Of a stretch of DNA of 64,000 nt, positions 53,431 to 61,193 are shown one piece after another. The number at the start of each line of letters is the position of its first letter. The first letter of the stretch is position 1. Location of the stretch: positions 2,902 to 66,901 of the forward strand of contig JBDLRI010000025.1 in the NCBI GenBank assembly GCA_039800105.1, read 5' to 3'. The DNA comes from Pseudomonadota bacterium. GTDB lineage: Bacteria; Myxococcota_A; UBA796; SXON01. Below the pieces are notes generated by a model, which saw nothing but the letters and a program-made list of their open reading frames with translations, was not told the origin of the DNA and ran no database searches. A program made the position numbers and the translations under genes.

Positions 53431-54773
53431 CGCACCCGCCGCCGGACCTGCTCGCCCGACAGCTGGCGTGGCTGGACACGCACGCCCCGGACGTCGCGGC
53501 GGCCGTGGTCCGGGCGCCCCCGCACGCGGAGGTGGTCGAGGTCGCGGGCGTGCCGCGCCGCACCCTTCGCATCGACGGCATCCAGCTGTGCGGGGCCGTC
53601 CGGCCCGACGACGAGGCCGCCCTGCAGGCACAGCGCATCCCTCCCGGCGCGCGCACCGCCACCGTCTACGGGGTCGCGCAGGGCGACCTTCCGCGCGTGC
53701 TGCTCCGCCGCCCCGAGCTGCAGCGGCTGGAGGTGGTCGTGCTCGAGCCGGGGGCGCTGCGGGAGGTGTTGACGCGCTTCGACCAGGCCGGCTGGATGCA
53801 GGATCCGCGCGTGCGGATCCGCGTCCCGACGGCCGACGAGCGGCCCCTCGCCCCGTGGGCGTTGGCGCCCGCCGCCCTGCGGCTCGCGAACCCCGCTGTG
53901 TGGACGCTGCGCGACCAACTCGTGCTCGCCCTCGGACTCGCCTACCAGCAGCGGGGGTTCGCGTACCTCGACGATCAGCTGCACGAGCGCCTCGTCGCGA
54001 ACGCGGAGCTCCTCGCGACGGACGGAGACGTGGCGGAGCTGTTCGGACGGGCCTCGGGACGCCGCGTGGTGGTGGCGGGGAGCGGCCCGACGCTCGCGGA
54101 CGAGGCCGCATGGCTGCGCGCCCACCGCGAGACGGTCACCCTCGTGGCGGTCAACAGCGCCCTCCGGCCCCTGCTGCTCGCGGACATCGTCCCCGACGTC
54201 GTGGTGGCGGTGGACGGGCACGAGAACCTCGTCCGGCACCTGGCGTGTCCCCCCGCGCTGGCACCGGAGGCGTGGGCGATCCTGCTTGCGCCGGTGCCGC
54301 TCGTCTACGCACCCGCCCTGCACCCCGACGCGCTGCGCGGCTGGCCCGGGCCGCGCTACGCCACGCTGCTGTCCTCGCGTCGCTACGACCCCCTGGAGGC
54401 GACACTGCCACGCGGACGGCTGTGGTGCGCGGGGACGGTCACCCAGACCGCCCTGGACCTCGCCGCGCGCATGGGTGCCACCGACATCGTGCTCGTCGGG
54501 GTCGACCTGGGGTATCCCGACGACCGCACGCACGCGGAGGGCGCGGTGGCCGCGGTGACCGTGCCGGCGCACGAGCGCCGCTACAGCATCGAGGACGGCC
54601 TCGGCGGCGCGATCCGCAGTGACGTGACGCTGATCGGCTACCTGCGCGACCTCGAGGACTGGATCGCCGACCGCCCGCACCTGCGCGTGCGCAAGCGCGG
54701 GCGCGCCGGCGCGCGGATGCGCGGGGCGCCCTGGCTCGATGACCGGGAGGACGGCGATGACGCCCGAGACTGA
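53427..54773 (+). CDS. DUF115 (MptE-like / motility-accessory-factor-like) domain protein
   Basis: Distal 448 codons of ORF 52728..54773. ATG 53427 overlaps the upstream stop (ATGA). Core RRVVVAGSGPTLADE, LVAVNSALRPLL, IVPDVVVAVDG, IVLVGVDLGYPD, as in DUF115 proteins. Confidence 0.7.
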   Translation: MTHPPPDLLARQLAWLDTHAPDVAAAVVRAPPHAEVVEVAGVPRRTLRIDGIQLCGAVRPDDEAALQAQRIPPGARTATVYGVAQGDLPRVLLRRPELQRLEVVVLEPGALREVLTRFDQAGWMQDPRVRIRVPTADERPLAPWALAPAALRLANPAVWTLRDQLVLALGLAYQQRGFAYLDDQLHERLVANAELLATDGDVAELFGRASGRRVVVAGSGPTLADEAAWLRAHRETVTLVAVNSALRPLLLADIVPDVVVAVDGHENLVRHLACPPALAPEAWAILLAPVPLVYAPALHPDALRGWPGPRYATLLSSRRYDPLEATLPRGRLWCAGTVTQTALDLAARMGATDIVLVGVDLGYPDDRTHAEGAVAAVTVPAHERRYSIEDGLGGAIRSDVTLIGYLRDLEDWIADRPHLRVRKRGRAGARMRGAPWLDDREDGDDARD

Positions 54774-55008
54774 GCTGGCCGCCGAGGCGGTGCAGGCCCT
54801 GCGGCGCGGCGAGGACGGTGCCGCGTGGGACGCCCTCGGCCGCTTCGCGGACGCGCTGGGGAGGCTCGCCGCCGCGGGCGACCCGCGCCTGCCGCCGCTG
54901 CTGCCGGTGCTGGAGGAGATCTTCGCGTGCCAACAGCGCGGCGACCTGCTTCGGATCGCCGACCTCCTCGCGTTCGTGGTCACGCCGGCGCTGCTGCGGC
55001 GCGACTGA
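54757..55008 (+). CDS. Small helical protein (83 aa), unknown function
   Basis: ORF 54739..55008. ATG 54757 follows GGGAGGACGGCG. Overlaps the DUF115 3' end by 17 nt. GC3-rich codons throughout. Confidence 0.55.
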   Translation: MTPETELAAEAVQALRRGEDGAAWDALGRFADALGRLAAAGDPRLPPLLPVLEEIFACQQRGDLLRIADLLAFVVTPALLRRD

Positions 55009-55032
55009 GCGCGCCCATGGTACGCTCGCGGG

Positions 55033-56538
55033 ATGCGAATCCTTCCTGCCCTGGCGGGCGCGGCGGCACTCGTCGCGGTGCCGGCGCACGCCACCGACAC
55101 GTGGACGAACGTACGGCCCGGCATCGACTACCTCTACCGTGAGCTGGGCCCGCCGAAACCGCAGCGGATCCACGCCGTGCGCGTCGACCTGTCGGACCCG
55201 CGGATCGGCATCCACGCCAGCGCGGACCTGCGCGGTCAGGAGTGGGCGGTCAACACCCTGGCCTTTGCGCGCAACACCGACGCCATCGTCGCCATCAACG
55301 GGGACTGGGCGTACATCGAGGGAACCGGCGACGCGTACCTGCGCCCCGCGAGCCTCGCGATCAGCGAGGGCAACCTGTGGAGCCCGCACTGGCCGTACGC
55401 CAACACCGTGGAGAGCTGGGGCTACGTCGCCTGCACGCTCGACAAGCAATGCACGCTCTCGTTCGCGCCGACGCTCGACAACCCGGGCATGGTCTTCCAT
55501 CCGCTCCAGAACCCGACCGTGTGGCCGCTCCGGTACTACAACGCAGTGGGTGCGAACGCGGTGCCGGCCCTGGTCCACGGCCAGCGCGTGGACGGGTGCT
55601 ACGACGGGCAGACGAACGCGCCCCGAAGCTCCGCGTGCACGGAGATCGACGGGACCCACCTGTGGCTCGTCGTCGTGGACGGACGCAACGCCGCCGGCGG
55701 GGAGTCCGGGATGAGCTGCGACGAGGTGCGCGATCAGCTGCTCACCCTCGGCTGCCACGAGGCGATGTTCCTGGACGGGGGCGGGAGCTCCACGCTGGTC
55801 GTGGACGACCAGGTCAAGAACACGCCGTCGGACGGTGGACTGCGCACGGTGGCCAACCACTTCGGCATCACGTGGGACGAGGTCGCCGACCCGCGGTGCC
55901 GGAAGGCCAACGGACGCTGGTGCGACGGCACCGTGATCGCAGCCTGCGCCGGAGGGCGCTACAAGGGGGACGGGGACTGCGGCTACTTCGGCGCGGGCTG
56001 CCAAGAGGACGGGGACTTCGCGTTCTGCGTGCACCCCTCGTGCCCGGACGGAAACGGCCTGCGACACAACGCGTGCCTCGACGCGACGCGCGTGGCGGGC
56101 TGCAACGACGGCCAGTACTCCGAGGGCGACTGCGGGGCCTTCGGGCTCGTCTGCGGCGGGGACCGCGGGAGCGCGCAGTGCATGGACCGCCGCTGCGCGG
56201 GGCCGAACGCCGCGCGCTGCGACGGCGCCACGCTCGTCGCGTGCACGGACGGCATCGCGACCCTGACCGACTGCGCCGCGCAGGGACTGGAATGCCGCGC
56301 GTCCGCGGCGGCGTGTGTCACGCCCGGGACGCCGGAGGACACGGCGACGTCGACCGGAACCTCCCTGGACGCGGGTGACGCGGGAACCGGGGACGACGCG
56401 TTCGACGGGACGCCCGCCGGCTTCACCGACCGCGGCTGCGCCTGCGACGCCGCCGGTGGCGTCCCGCTGCTCCCCGCGCTGCTCGCCGCGCTCGGCGCGC
56501 TGGATCGACGACGCCGGTCCGCCGACGCGGCGCGGTAG
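55033..56538 (+). CDS. Phosphodiester glycosidase (NAGPA/DUF2233-like) with Cys-rich modules and MYXO-CTERM tail
   Basis: ORF 55033..56538. Signal peptide MRILPALAGAAALVAVPAHA. AIVAINGDW, LWLVVVDGR, GMSCDEVRDQLLTLGCHEAMFLDGGGSSTLVV. About 150 aa of repeated Cys modules. Tail FTDRGCACDAAGGVPLLPALLAALGALDRRRR. Confidence 0.8.
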   Translation: MRILPALAGAAALVAVPAHATDTWTNVRPGIDYLYRELGPPKPQRIHAVRVDLSDPRIGIHASADLRGQEWAVNTLAFARNTDAIVAINGDWAYIEGTGDAYLRPASLAISEGNLWSPHWPYANTVESWGYVACTLDKQCTLSFAPTLDNPGMVFHPLQNPTVWPLRYYNAVGANAVPALVHGQRVDGCYDGQTNAPRSSACTEIDGTHLWLVVVDGRNAAGGESGMSCDEVRDQLLTLGCHEAMFLDGGGSSTLVVDDQVKNTPSDGGLRTVANHFGITWDEVADPRCRKANGRWCDGTVIAACAGGRYKGDGDCGYFGAGCQEDGDFAFCVHPSCPDGNGLRHNACLDATRVAGCNDGQYSEGDCGAFGLVCGGDRGSAQCMDRRCAGPNAARCDGATLVACTDGIATLTDCAAQGLECRASAAACVTPGTPEDTATSTGTSLDAGDAGTGDDAFDGTPAGFTDRGCACDAAGGVPLLPALLAALGALDRRRRSADAAR

Positions 56539-56553
56539 CCCACCAAGACCGGC

Positions 56554-56591
56554 GGGGGGCGTTGCGGGGGGCAGCCAGCCCCCCGCCCCAG
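56554..56591 (+). repeat. GC-hairpin repeat copy
   Basis: ggggggcgttgcggggggcagccagccccccgccccag, intergenic between the two NAGPA-like paralogs. Confidence 0.85.
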
Positions 56592-56618
56592 CCTTCCCGA
56601 CCGTGCTAGCATGCACGC

Positions 56619-58334
56619 ATGCGACCGCTCCTCGCCGCCGTTGCCACCCTGCTCGCGCTTGCCGCCCCCGCCCATGCCACCGACTACGAGCGGGTGGTCC
56701 GGCCGGGCATCACCTCGTTCAAGCGCCTGATCACCGGAAGCGAACCGCAGAACATCTACGCGGTGCGCGTGGACCTCACCGTCCCCAACATCGGACTGTA
56801 CGCCTCGGCCGACCGCCGCGGCGACGAGTGGGCCGTGGACACCCTCGACTTCGCCGAGGAGGTCGATGCCATCGCGGCGCTCAACGGCGACTGGTCGTGC
56901 ACGAGCTGCAGCGGCAACAACTACCTCAAGCCGCTGGGGCTCGCGATCAGCGACGGCGTCATGTGGCACAGCCACCGGCCGACCGATGACATCGGCACGC
57001 GTTGGGGGTACTTCGCCTGCACCATCGACAAGCGCTGCGACCTGACCCGCGCGCGCATGCTCGATGACCCGACGATGGCCACGAGCCCGCTCCGGACCCC
57101 CACGGTCTACCCGCTGCGCTACCACCAGGCGATCGGCGCCAACGGGCTGAACCTGCTCACCGACGGCGTGCGCGGGAACGGCTGCTTCGACACCTCCCAG
57201 TCCAACCCCCGCAGTGCCGCCTGCACCGACATCACGGGCACGATCCTGTGGCTCTTCGCCATCGACGGGCGCGGCGTCGGCGGCGGCACCGGCATGAGCT
57301 GCGCGGATGTCCGCAACCTTCTCCTCGACGCGCCCTTCAACTGCTGGGACGCGGTCATGCTCGACGGCGGCGGGTCCACGACCCTCGTCGTGGAGGACAC
57401 GAACACCAGCGCCTCCTGCAACCCGCGCGGCCGCAACAACCTGTGCGTGAAGAACCACCCGTCCGACGGCAGCCTCCGCAACGTGGGCAACCACATCGCC
57501 ATCACCTGGGAGGACACCATCGACGGGCGGTGTCGCCACGCCAACGGCATGTGGTGCAACAACGGCGCCCTCGAGACCTGCCAGGGCGGGCGGTTCAAGA
57601 CGTCCACCAACTGCGCGGCCGCCGGCAAGGGCTGCCAGGAGGACGGCACCTTCGCGTTCTGCGTCGACCCTCGCTGCCCCGCCGGCAACGGCCTGCGCGT
57701 CGGCGGCTGCCTCGACGCGACGCGCATCGCCAGCTGCAACGACGGCGTGTACGCCGAGGGCGACTGCGCCGGTTTCGGCCTCGTGTGCGGCGGCACCCCC
57801 GGCGCGGCGCAGTGCATGGACGCGCGCTGCGGCATTCCCGAGGGCGGCGCGTGCGTGGGCAGCGTGTGGACCCGCTGCAGCGCGGGCACCTACGTCGAGG
57901 CCGTGGATTGCGCGTCCTCCGGCCTGGTGTGCGACAACGGCGCGGGCTGCGTGACCCCGAACAGCGGCGGCGGCGGGTCGGGCACCGGCACCAGCGGCGG
58001 CGGCACCGGCACCGGCGGCACGAGCGGCGGCGGCACCGGCACCGGCGGCACGAGCGGCGGCACCGGCACCGGCGGCAACCACGGCGGCGGTGCCGGCAGC
58101 GGCGGGGATGACACCCACGCCACCGGGTTCGATGGTGGGTTCGGCGACTCCGGCCTCGAGGGCGCGCACGCATTCACCGATCGCGGCATTTCCTGCGGCT
58201 GCGCGTCGCACGCCGGCGGGACTCCGTCGGTACCGGCGTTGCTGGGACTGATCGTCCTCGCCGGTGCGCGGCGGCGTCCCGACGGCCAGACCCGTGACCG
58301 GGCGCGGCTGGCTCCCCGGACGATGCGCGCCTAG
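56619..58334 (+). CDS. Phosphodiester glycosidase (NAGPA/DUF2233-like) paralog with Cys-rich modules, Gly/Thr repeat and MYXO-CTERM tail
   Basis: ORF 56619..58334. Collinear with the previous gene (AIAALNGDW, LWLFAIDGR, GMSCADVRNLLLDAPFNCWDAVMLDGGGSTTLVV). Has a GGGTGTGGTSG repeat. Tail FTDRGISCGCASHAGGTPSVPALLGLIVLAGARRR. Confidence 0.8.
   Translation: MRPLLAAVATLLALAAPAHATDYERVVRPGITSFKRLITGSEPQNIYAVRVDLTVPNIGLYASADRRGDEWAVDTLDFAEEVDAIAALNGDWSCTSCSGNNYLKPLGLAISDGVMWHSHRPTDDIGTRWGYFACTIDKRCDLTRARMLDDPTMATSPLRTPTVYPLRYHQAIGANGLNLLTDGVRGNGCFDTSQSNPRSAACTDITGTILWLFAIDGRGVGGGTGMSCADVRNLLLDAPFNCWDAVMLDGGGSTTLVVEDTNTSASCNPRGRNNLCVKNHPSDGSLRNVGNHIAITWEDTIDGRCRHANGMWCNNGALETCQGGRFKTSTNCAAAGKGCQEDGTFAFCVDPRCPAGNGLRVGGCLDATRIASCNDGVYAEGDCAGFGLVCGGTPGAAQCMDARCGIPEGGACVGSVWTRCSAGTYVEAVDCASSGLVCDNGAGCVTPNSGGGGSGTGTSGGGTGTGGTSGGGTGTGGTSGGTGTGGNHGGGAGSGGDDTHATGFDGGFGDSGLEGAHAFTDRGISCGCASHAGGTPSVPALLGLIVLAGARRRPDGQTRDRARLAPRTMRA
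57965..58100 (+). repeat. Tandem ~30-bp coding repeat (Gly/Thr/Ser linker)
   Basis: The unit agcggcggcggcaccggcaccggcggcacg occurs at 57993-58022 and 58023-58052, followed by a shortened third unit. It encodes SGGGTGTGGT repeats in the second NAGPA-like protein. Confidence 0.8.
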
Positions 58335-58359
58335 GCTGTACCCATACCGAGAGAGATCC

Positions 58360-59241
58360 ATGACCCTGTCCAACGGGCGCGTGTGCGCGCTCCCCCGCCC
58401 CGCACGCGTCGCGGCCTTGTTCCTCTGCCTGTGCGCCCCGGCGTTCGCGAAGCCCGGGGCCACGCCGTCCGTCGCGGCACCGGGAACCCCGACGCGCTCC
58501 GGAACCGTGCTCGTCACGGTGAACGGCCAGGCGGTGACCCAGGACATGCTGGACTCGGCCTTGGCCGCCATGCCCGCCGACGTGCGCGACCAGGTCGTGT
58601 CCCAGGGCCTGCAGGCGCGCCTGCGCGACCACATGGTGCTGCAGGAGCTGCTCTGGCAGGAGGCGGTCAAGCGCGGCCTCGCGACCGAGCCCGCGGTACA
58701 GGCCGCGCTCGTGATGGCGGCGCGCGATGTCCTCGCGAACGCGGTGCTCGAGGCCGAGACCGGGCGCCGGAGTGACCCGGCCGCGGTGAAGGCCTACTAC
58801 GACGCCCACCCCGAGCACTTCAAGCGCCCGCAGGTCCACGCGCGTCACATCCTCGTGCCCGACGAGCCCGGTGCGCGCGACGCGCTCGCGAAGGTCAAGG
58901 CCGGAGCCAGCTTCGCCGACGTCGCCCGCACGGTCAGCCGCGACCCCGGCAGCGCCGAGAACGGCGGCGACCTGGGCTGGTTCGAGCGCGGCACGATGGT
59001 CCCCGAGTTCGAGGCGGCCGCCTTCGGCGCCGCGACCGGCGCGCTCGTGGGGCCGGTCAAGTCCCAGTTCGGCTGGCACGTCCTCGAGATCCTCGGCACG
59101 CGCGACACGGTTCCCCTCGAGGAGGTCCGCGAGGGCATCGAGGAGAAGCTCCGCGACGAAGCCCGCACGAGCTGGATCGAGGAGCTGCGCTCCCGGGCGA
59201 CCATCGTCCCCGGCGGACCCGGCGCGTCGTCGACCCCCTAG
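58360..59241 (+). CDS. Peptidylprolyl isomerase (parvulin/PpiC type, SurA/PrsA-like)
   Basis: Distal 293 codons of ORF 58264..59241, ATG 58360. Signal peptide ...AALFLCLCAPAFA. Parvulin core ARHILV, NGGDLGWFERGTMVPEFEAAAF, GPVKSQFGWHVLEI. Confidence 0.88.
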   Translation: MTLSNGRVCALPRPARVAALFLCLCAPAFAKPGATPSVAAPGTPTRSGTVLVTVNGQAVTQDMLDSALAAMPADVRDQVVSQGLQARLRDHMVLQELLWQEAVKRGLATEPAVQAALVMAARDVLANAVLEAETGRRSDPAAVKAYYDAHPEHFKRPQVHARHILVPDEPGARDALAKVKAGASFADVARTVSRDPGSAENGGDLGWFERGTMVPEFEAAAFGAATGALVGPVKSQFGWHVLEILGTRDTVPLEEVREGIEEKLRDEARTSWIEELRSRATIVPGGPGASSTP

Positions 59242-59252
59242 CGCGTGCGGTT

Positions 59253-59289
59253 CCTGGGGCGGGGCCTCGGGCCGGCCCCGCAACGCCCC
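59253..59289 (-). repeat. GC-hairpin repeat copy between convergent genes
   Basis: cctggggcggggcctcgggccggccccgcaacgcccc, between the PPIase stop and the methyltransferase stop. Confidence 0.8.
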
Positions 59290-59294
59290 GGCCC

Positions 59295-60017
59295 TCACGG
59301 GAACGGGGCGACCTCCGCGACGATGACCCAGTCCTCGCCCCACACCTGCGGCCCGATCTCCAGCGCACGGGCGCGGACGTCCTCGATGGAGGCCTCCATC
59401 GCCGCCGCCAGCGCCGGGTCTCGAAACCACTTCAACTTGGCCCGCGCCACGTCCAGCTGCCCGTTCACGAAGCGCGCGCCGATTCGGTTGGGGAACCGCG
59501 CGACGTCGCACACGCGGTACCCGGCCTGCGCAAGCCAGGTCTCGATCGTCGACGCCGGATACTCGCGGTACGTCCGGTGCCCGGCCAGGAGGATGCAGGC
59601 GTCCCGCATGCGGCAGACCTCGTCGAGCACGCTGCCGTCGCGCGGCTGCGGCTCCAGCCCCACGAGGTAGACCCGTCCGCCACAGTGCGGACGCAGCCGC
59701 CGGAGGAAGTCGTACTGGAAATACGGCGCGTGCCCGTCGATCGCCCCGATGACATAGTCCACCAGCACCTGGTCGAACACCTCGCCGTAGAGCAGCGCCG
59801 GGTCGGTCCATTGACCGATCACGAGCCGCGCATCCACACCGAGGGCGCGCAGACCCTCGATCCGCCACGTCTCCACCGTCACGGCCGTCCGGGACGCGGC
59901 CGGGAGCGTGCCCAGCCACGACAGGCTGTGGTCGCCGGTGCCGGCGTCCAGCACGCTGCCCCAGGCCGGGCCATTGGCGCGCTCGATGTACGTGAAGAGC
60001 GCGTCCTCGCGCCTCAA
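59295..60017 (-). CDS. Class I SAM-dependent methyltransferase
   Basis: Distal part of ORF 59295..60065. Motif I-like VLDAGTGDHS. Start uncertain: TTG 60017 overlaps the tyrS stop. Confidence 0.6.
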   Translation of the reverse strand: MRREDALFTYIERANGPAWGSVLDAGTGDHSLSWLGTLPAASRTAVTVETWRIEGLRALGVDARLVIGQWTDPALLYGEVFDQVLVDYVIGAIDGHAPYFQYDFLRRLRPHCGGRVYLVGLEPQPRDGSVLDEVCRMRDACILLAGHRTYREYPASTIETWLAQAGYRVCDVARFPNRIGARFVNGQLDVARAKLKWFRDPALAAAMEASIEDVRARALEIGPQVWGEDWVIVAEVAPFP

Positions 60018-61183
60018 GGGAGGCACAGGCGCACCGCCTTCTTCTTGCCCACCCGCACCAGGCACGGCGCGGGCACCTCCATGCCGGGGTCGGTCACCCG
60101 CGCCCCGTCGACGCTCACCCCGCCCTGCGCGACCAGCCGACGGCCCTCACCGCGGCTCGCGGTCAGCCCTGCCGCGACCAGGATGTCGAGCAGCGGCGCG
60201 GGCAGCACGTGGGCAAGCTCGGGGGTGTCCTCGGTGCTGCTCCCCGCCGCCGCCGCACGGGCCGCGGCGTCCGCGGCCTCGGCGGCCTCGCGTCCGTGCA
60301 CGATCGCCGTGGCCTCCCGCGCCAGCACGCGCTTCGCCTCGCGGATGTCCCCGGCGACGAGGGCCGCGATCTCGTCGGGCGTCAGGAACGTGAAGAGCTT
60401 CAGGAAGCGCTCCACGTCACGGTCGTCGCAATTGTACCAGAACTGGCGGTAGTCAAACGGCGAGGTGCGCGCGGCGGACAGCCACACCGCGCCCGCGGCG
60501 GTCTTCCCCATCTTCGCGCCGGACGCCGTCGTCAGGAGCGGCAGCGTGAGGCCGTAGGTCTCCGCCCCCTCCAGCCGCCGGACGAGGTCGATGCCGCTCA
60601 CGATGTTGAACCACTGGTCCTGGCCGCCCACCTGCAGGATGCAGCCGTAGCGCCGGTGCAGCTCCACGAAGTCGTAGCTCTGCAGCAGGGCGTAGTTGAA
60701 CTCAAGGAACGACAGGCCGTGGTTGCGCTCCAGCCGCAGCTTCACGCTCTCGGCCGTCAACATCCGGTTCACGCTGAAATGCCGGCCGATGTCGCGCAGG
60801 AACGCGATGTAGCCGAGTCCCAGCAACCATTCGGCGTTGTCGACGAGCCGTCCGTCGCAGAATCGCGCGATCTGGGCGCGGATGGCGGCCTTGTTGGCGT
60901 CGATGCGCGCCGTGTCGAGCAGATCGCGGCTCTCGTCGCGCCCGGAGGGGTCCCCGACCATCGCCGTGCCGCCGCCCACCACGGCGATGGGGTCATGACC
61001 CGCCCGCGCCAGGTGCGTCATGAGCATGAGCGGCAAGAGGTGGCCCACGTGCAGGCTGTCCGCCGTGGGGTCGAAGCCGCAGTAGAACGTGACGGGTCCG
61101 GCGTCCATGCGGGCGCGCAGGGCGGCCTCGTCGGTCAGCTGGTGCAGGAATCCACGGGCCCGGAGCTGGTCGATGACGTGCAT
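60014..61183 (-). CDS. tyrS: Tyrosine--tRNA ligase
   Basis: Distal 389 codons of ORF 60014..61444, ATG 61183 (MHVIDQL). HIGH-type motif DSLHVGHLLP, KMSKS-type KMGKT, GGQDQW, and a C-terminal S4-like domain (SRGEGRRLVAQGGVSVDG). Confidence 0.93.
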   Translation of the reverse strand: MHVIDQLRARGFLHQLTDEAALRARMDAGPVTFYCGFDPTADSLHVGHLLPLMLMTHLARAGHDPIAVVGGGTAMVGDPSGRDESRDLLDTARIDANKAAIRAQIARFCDGRLVDNAEWLLGLGYIAFLRDIGRHFSVNRMLTAESVKLRLERNHGLSFLEFNYALLQSYDFVELHRRYGCILQVGGQDQWFNIVSGIDLVRRLEGAETYGLTLPLLTTASGAKMGKTAAGAVWLSAARTSPFDYRQFWYNCDDRDVERFLKLFTFLTPDEIAALVAGDIREAKRVLAREATAIVHGREAAEAADAAARAAAAGSSTEDTPELAHVLPAPLLDILVAAGLTASRGEGRRLVAQGGVSVDGARVTDPGMEVPAPCLVRVGKKKAVRLCLP

Positions 61184-61193
61184 GGGGCGCGGG

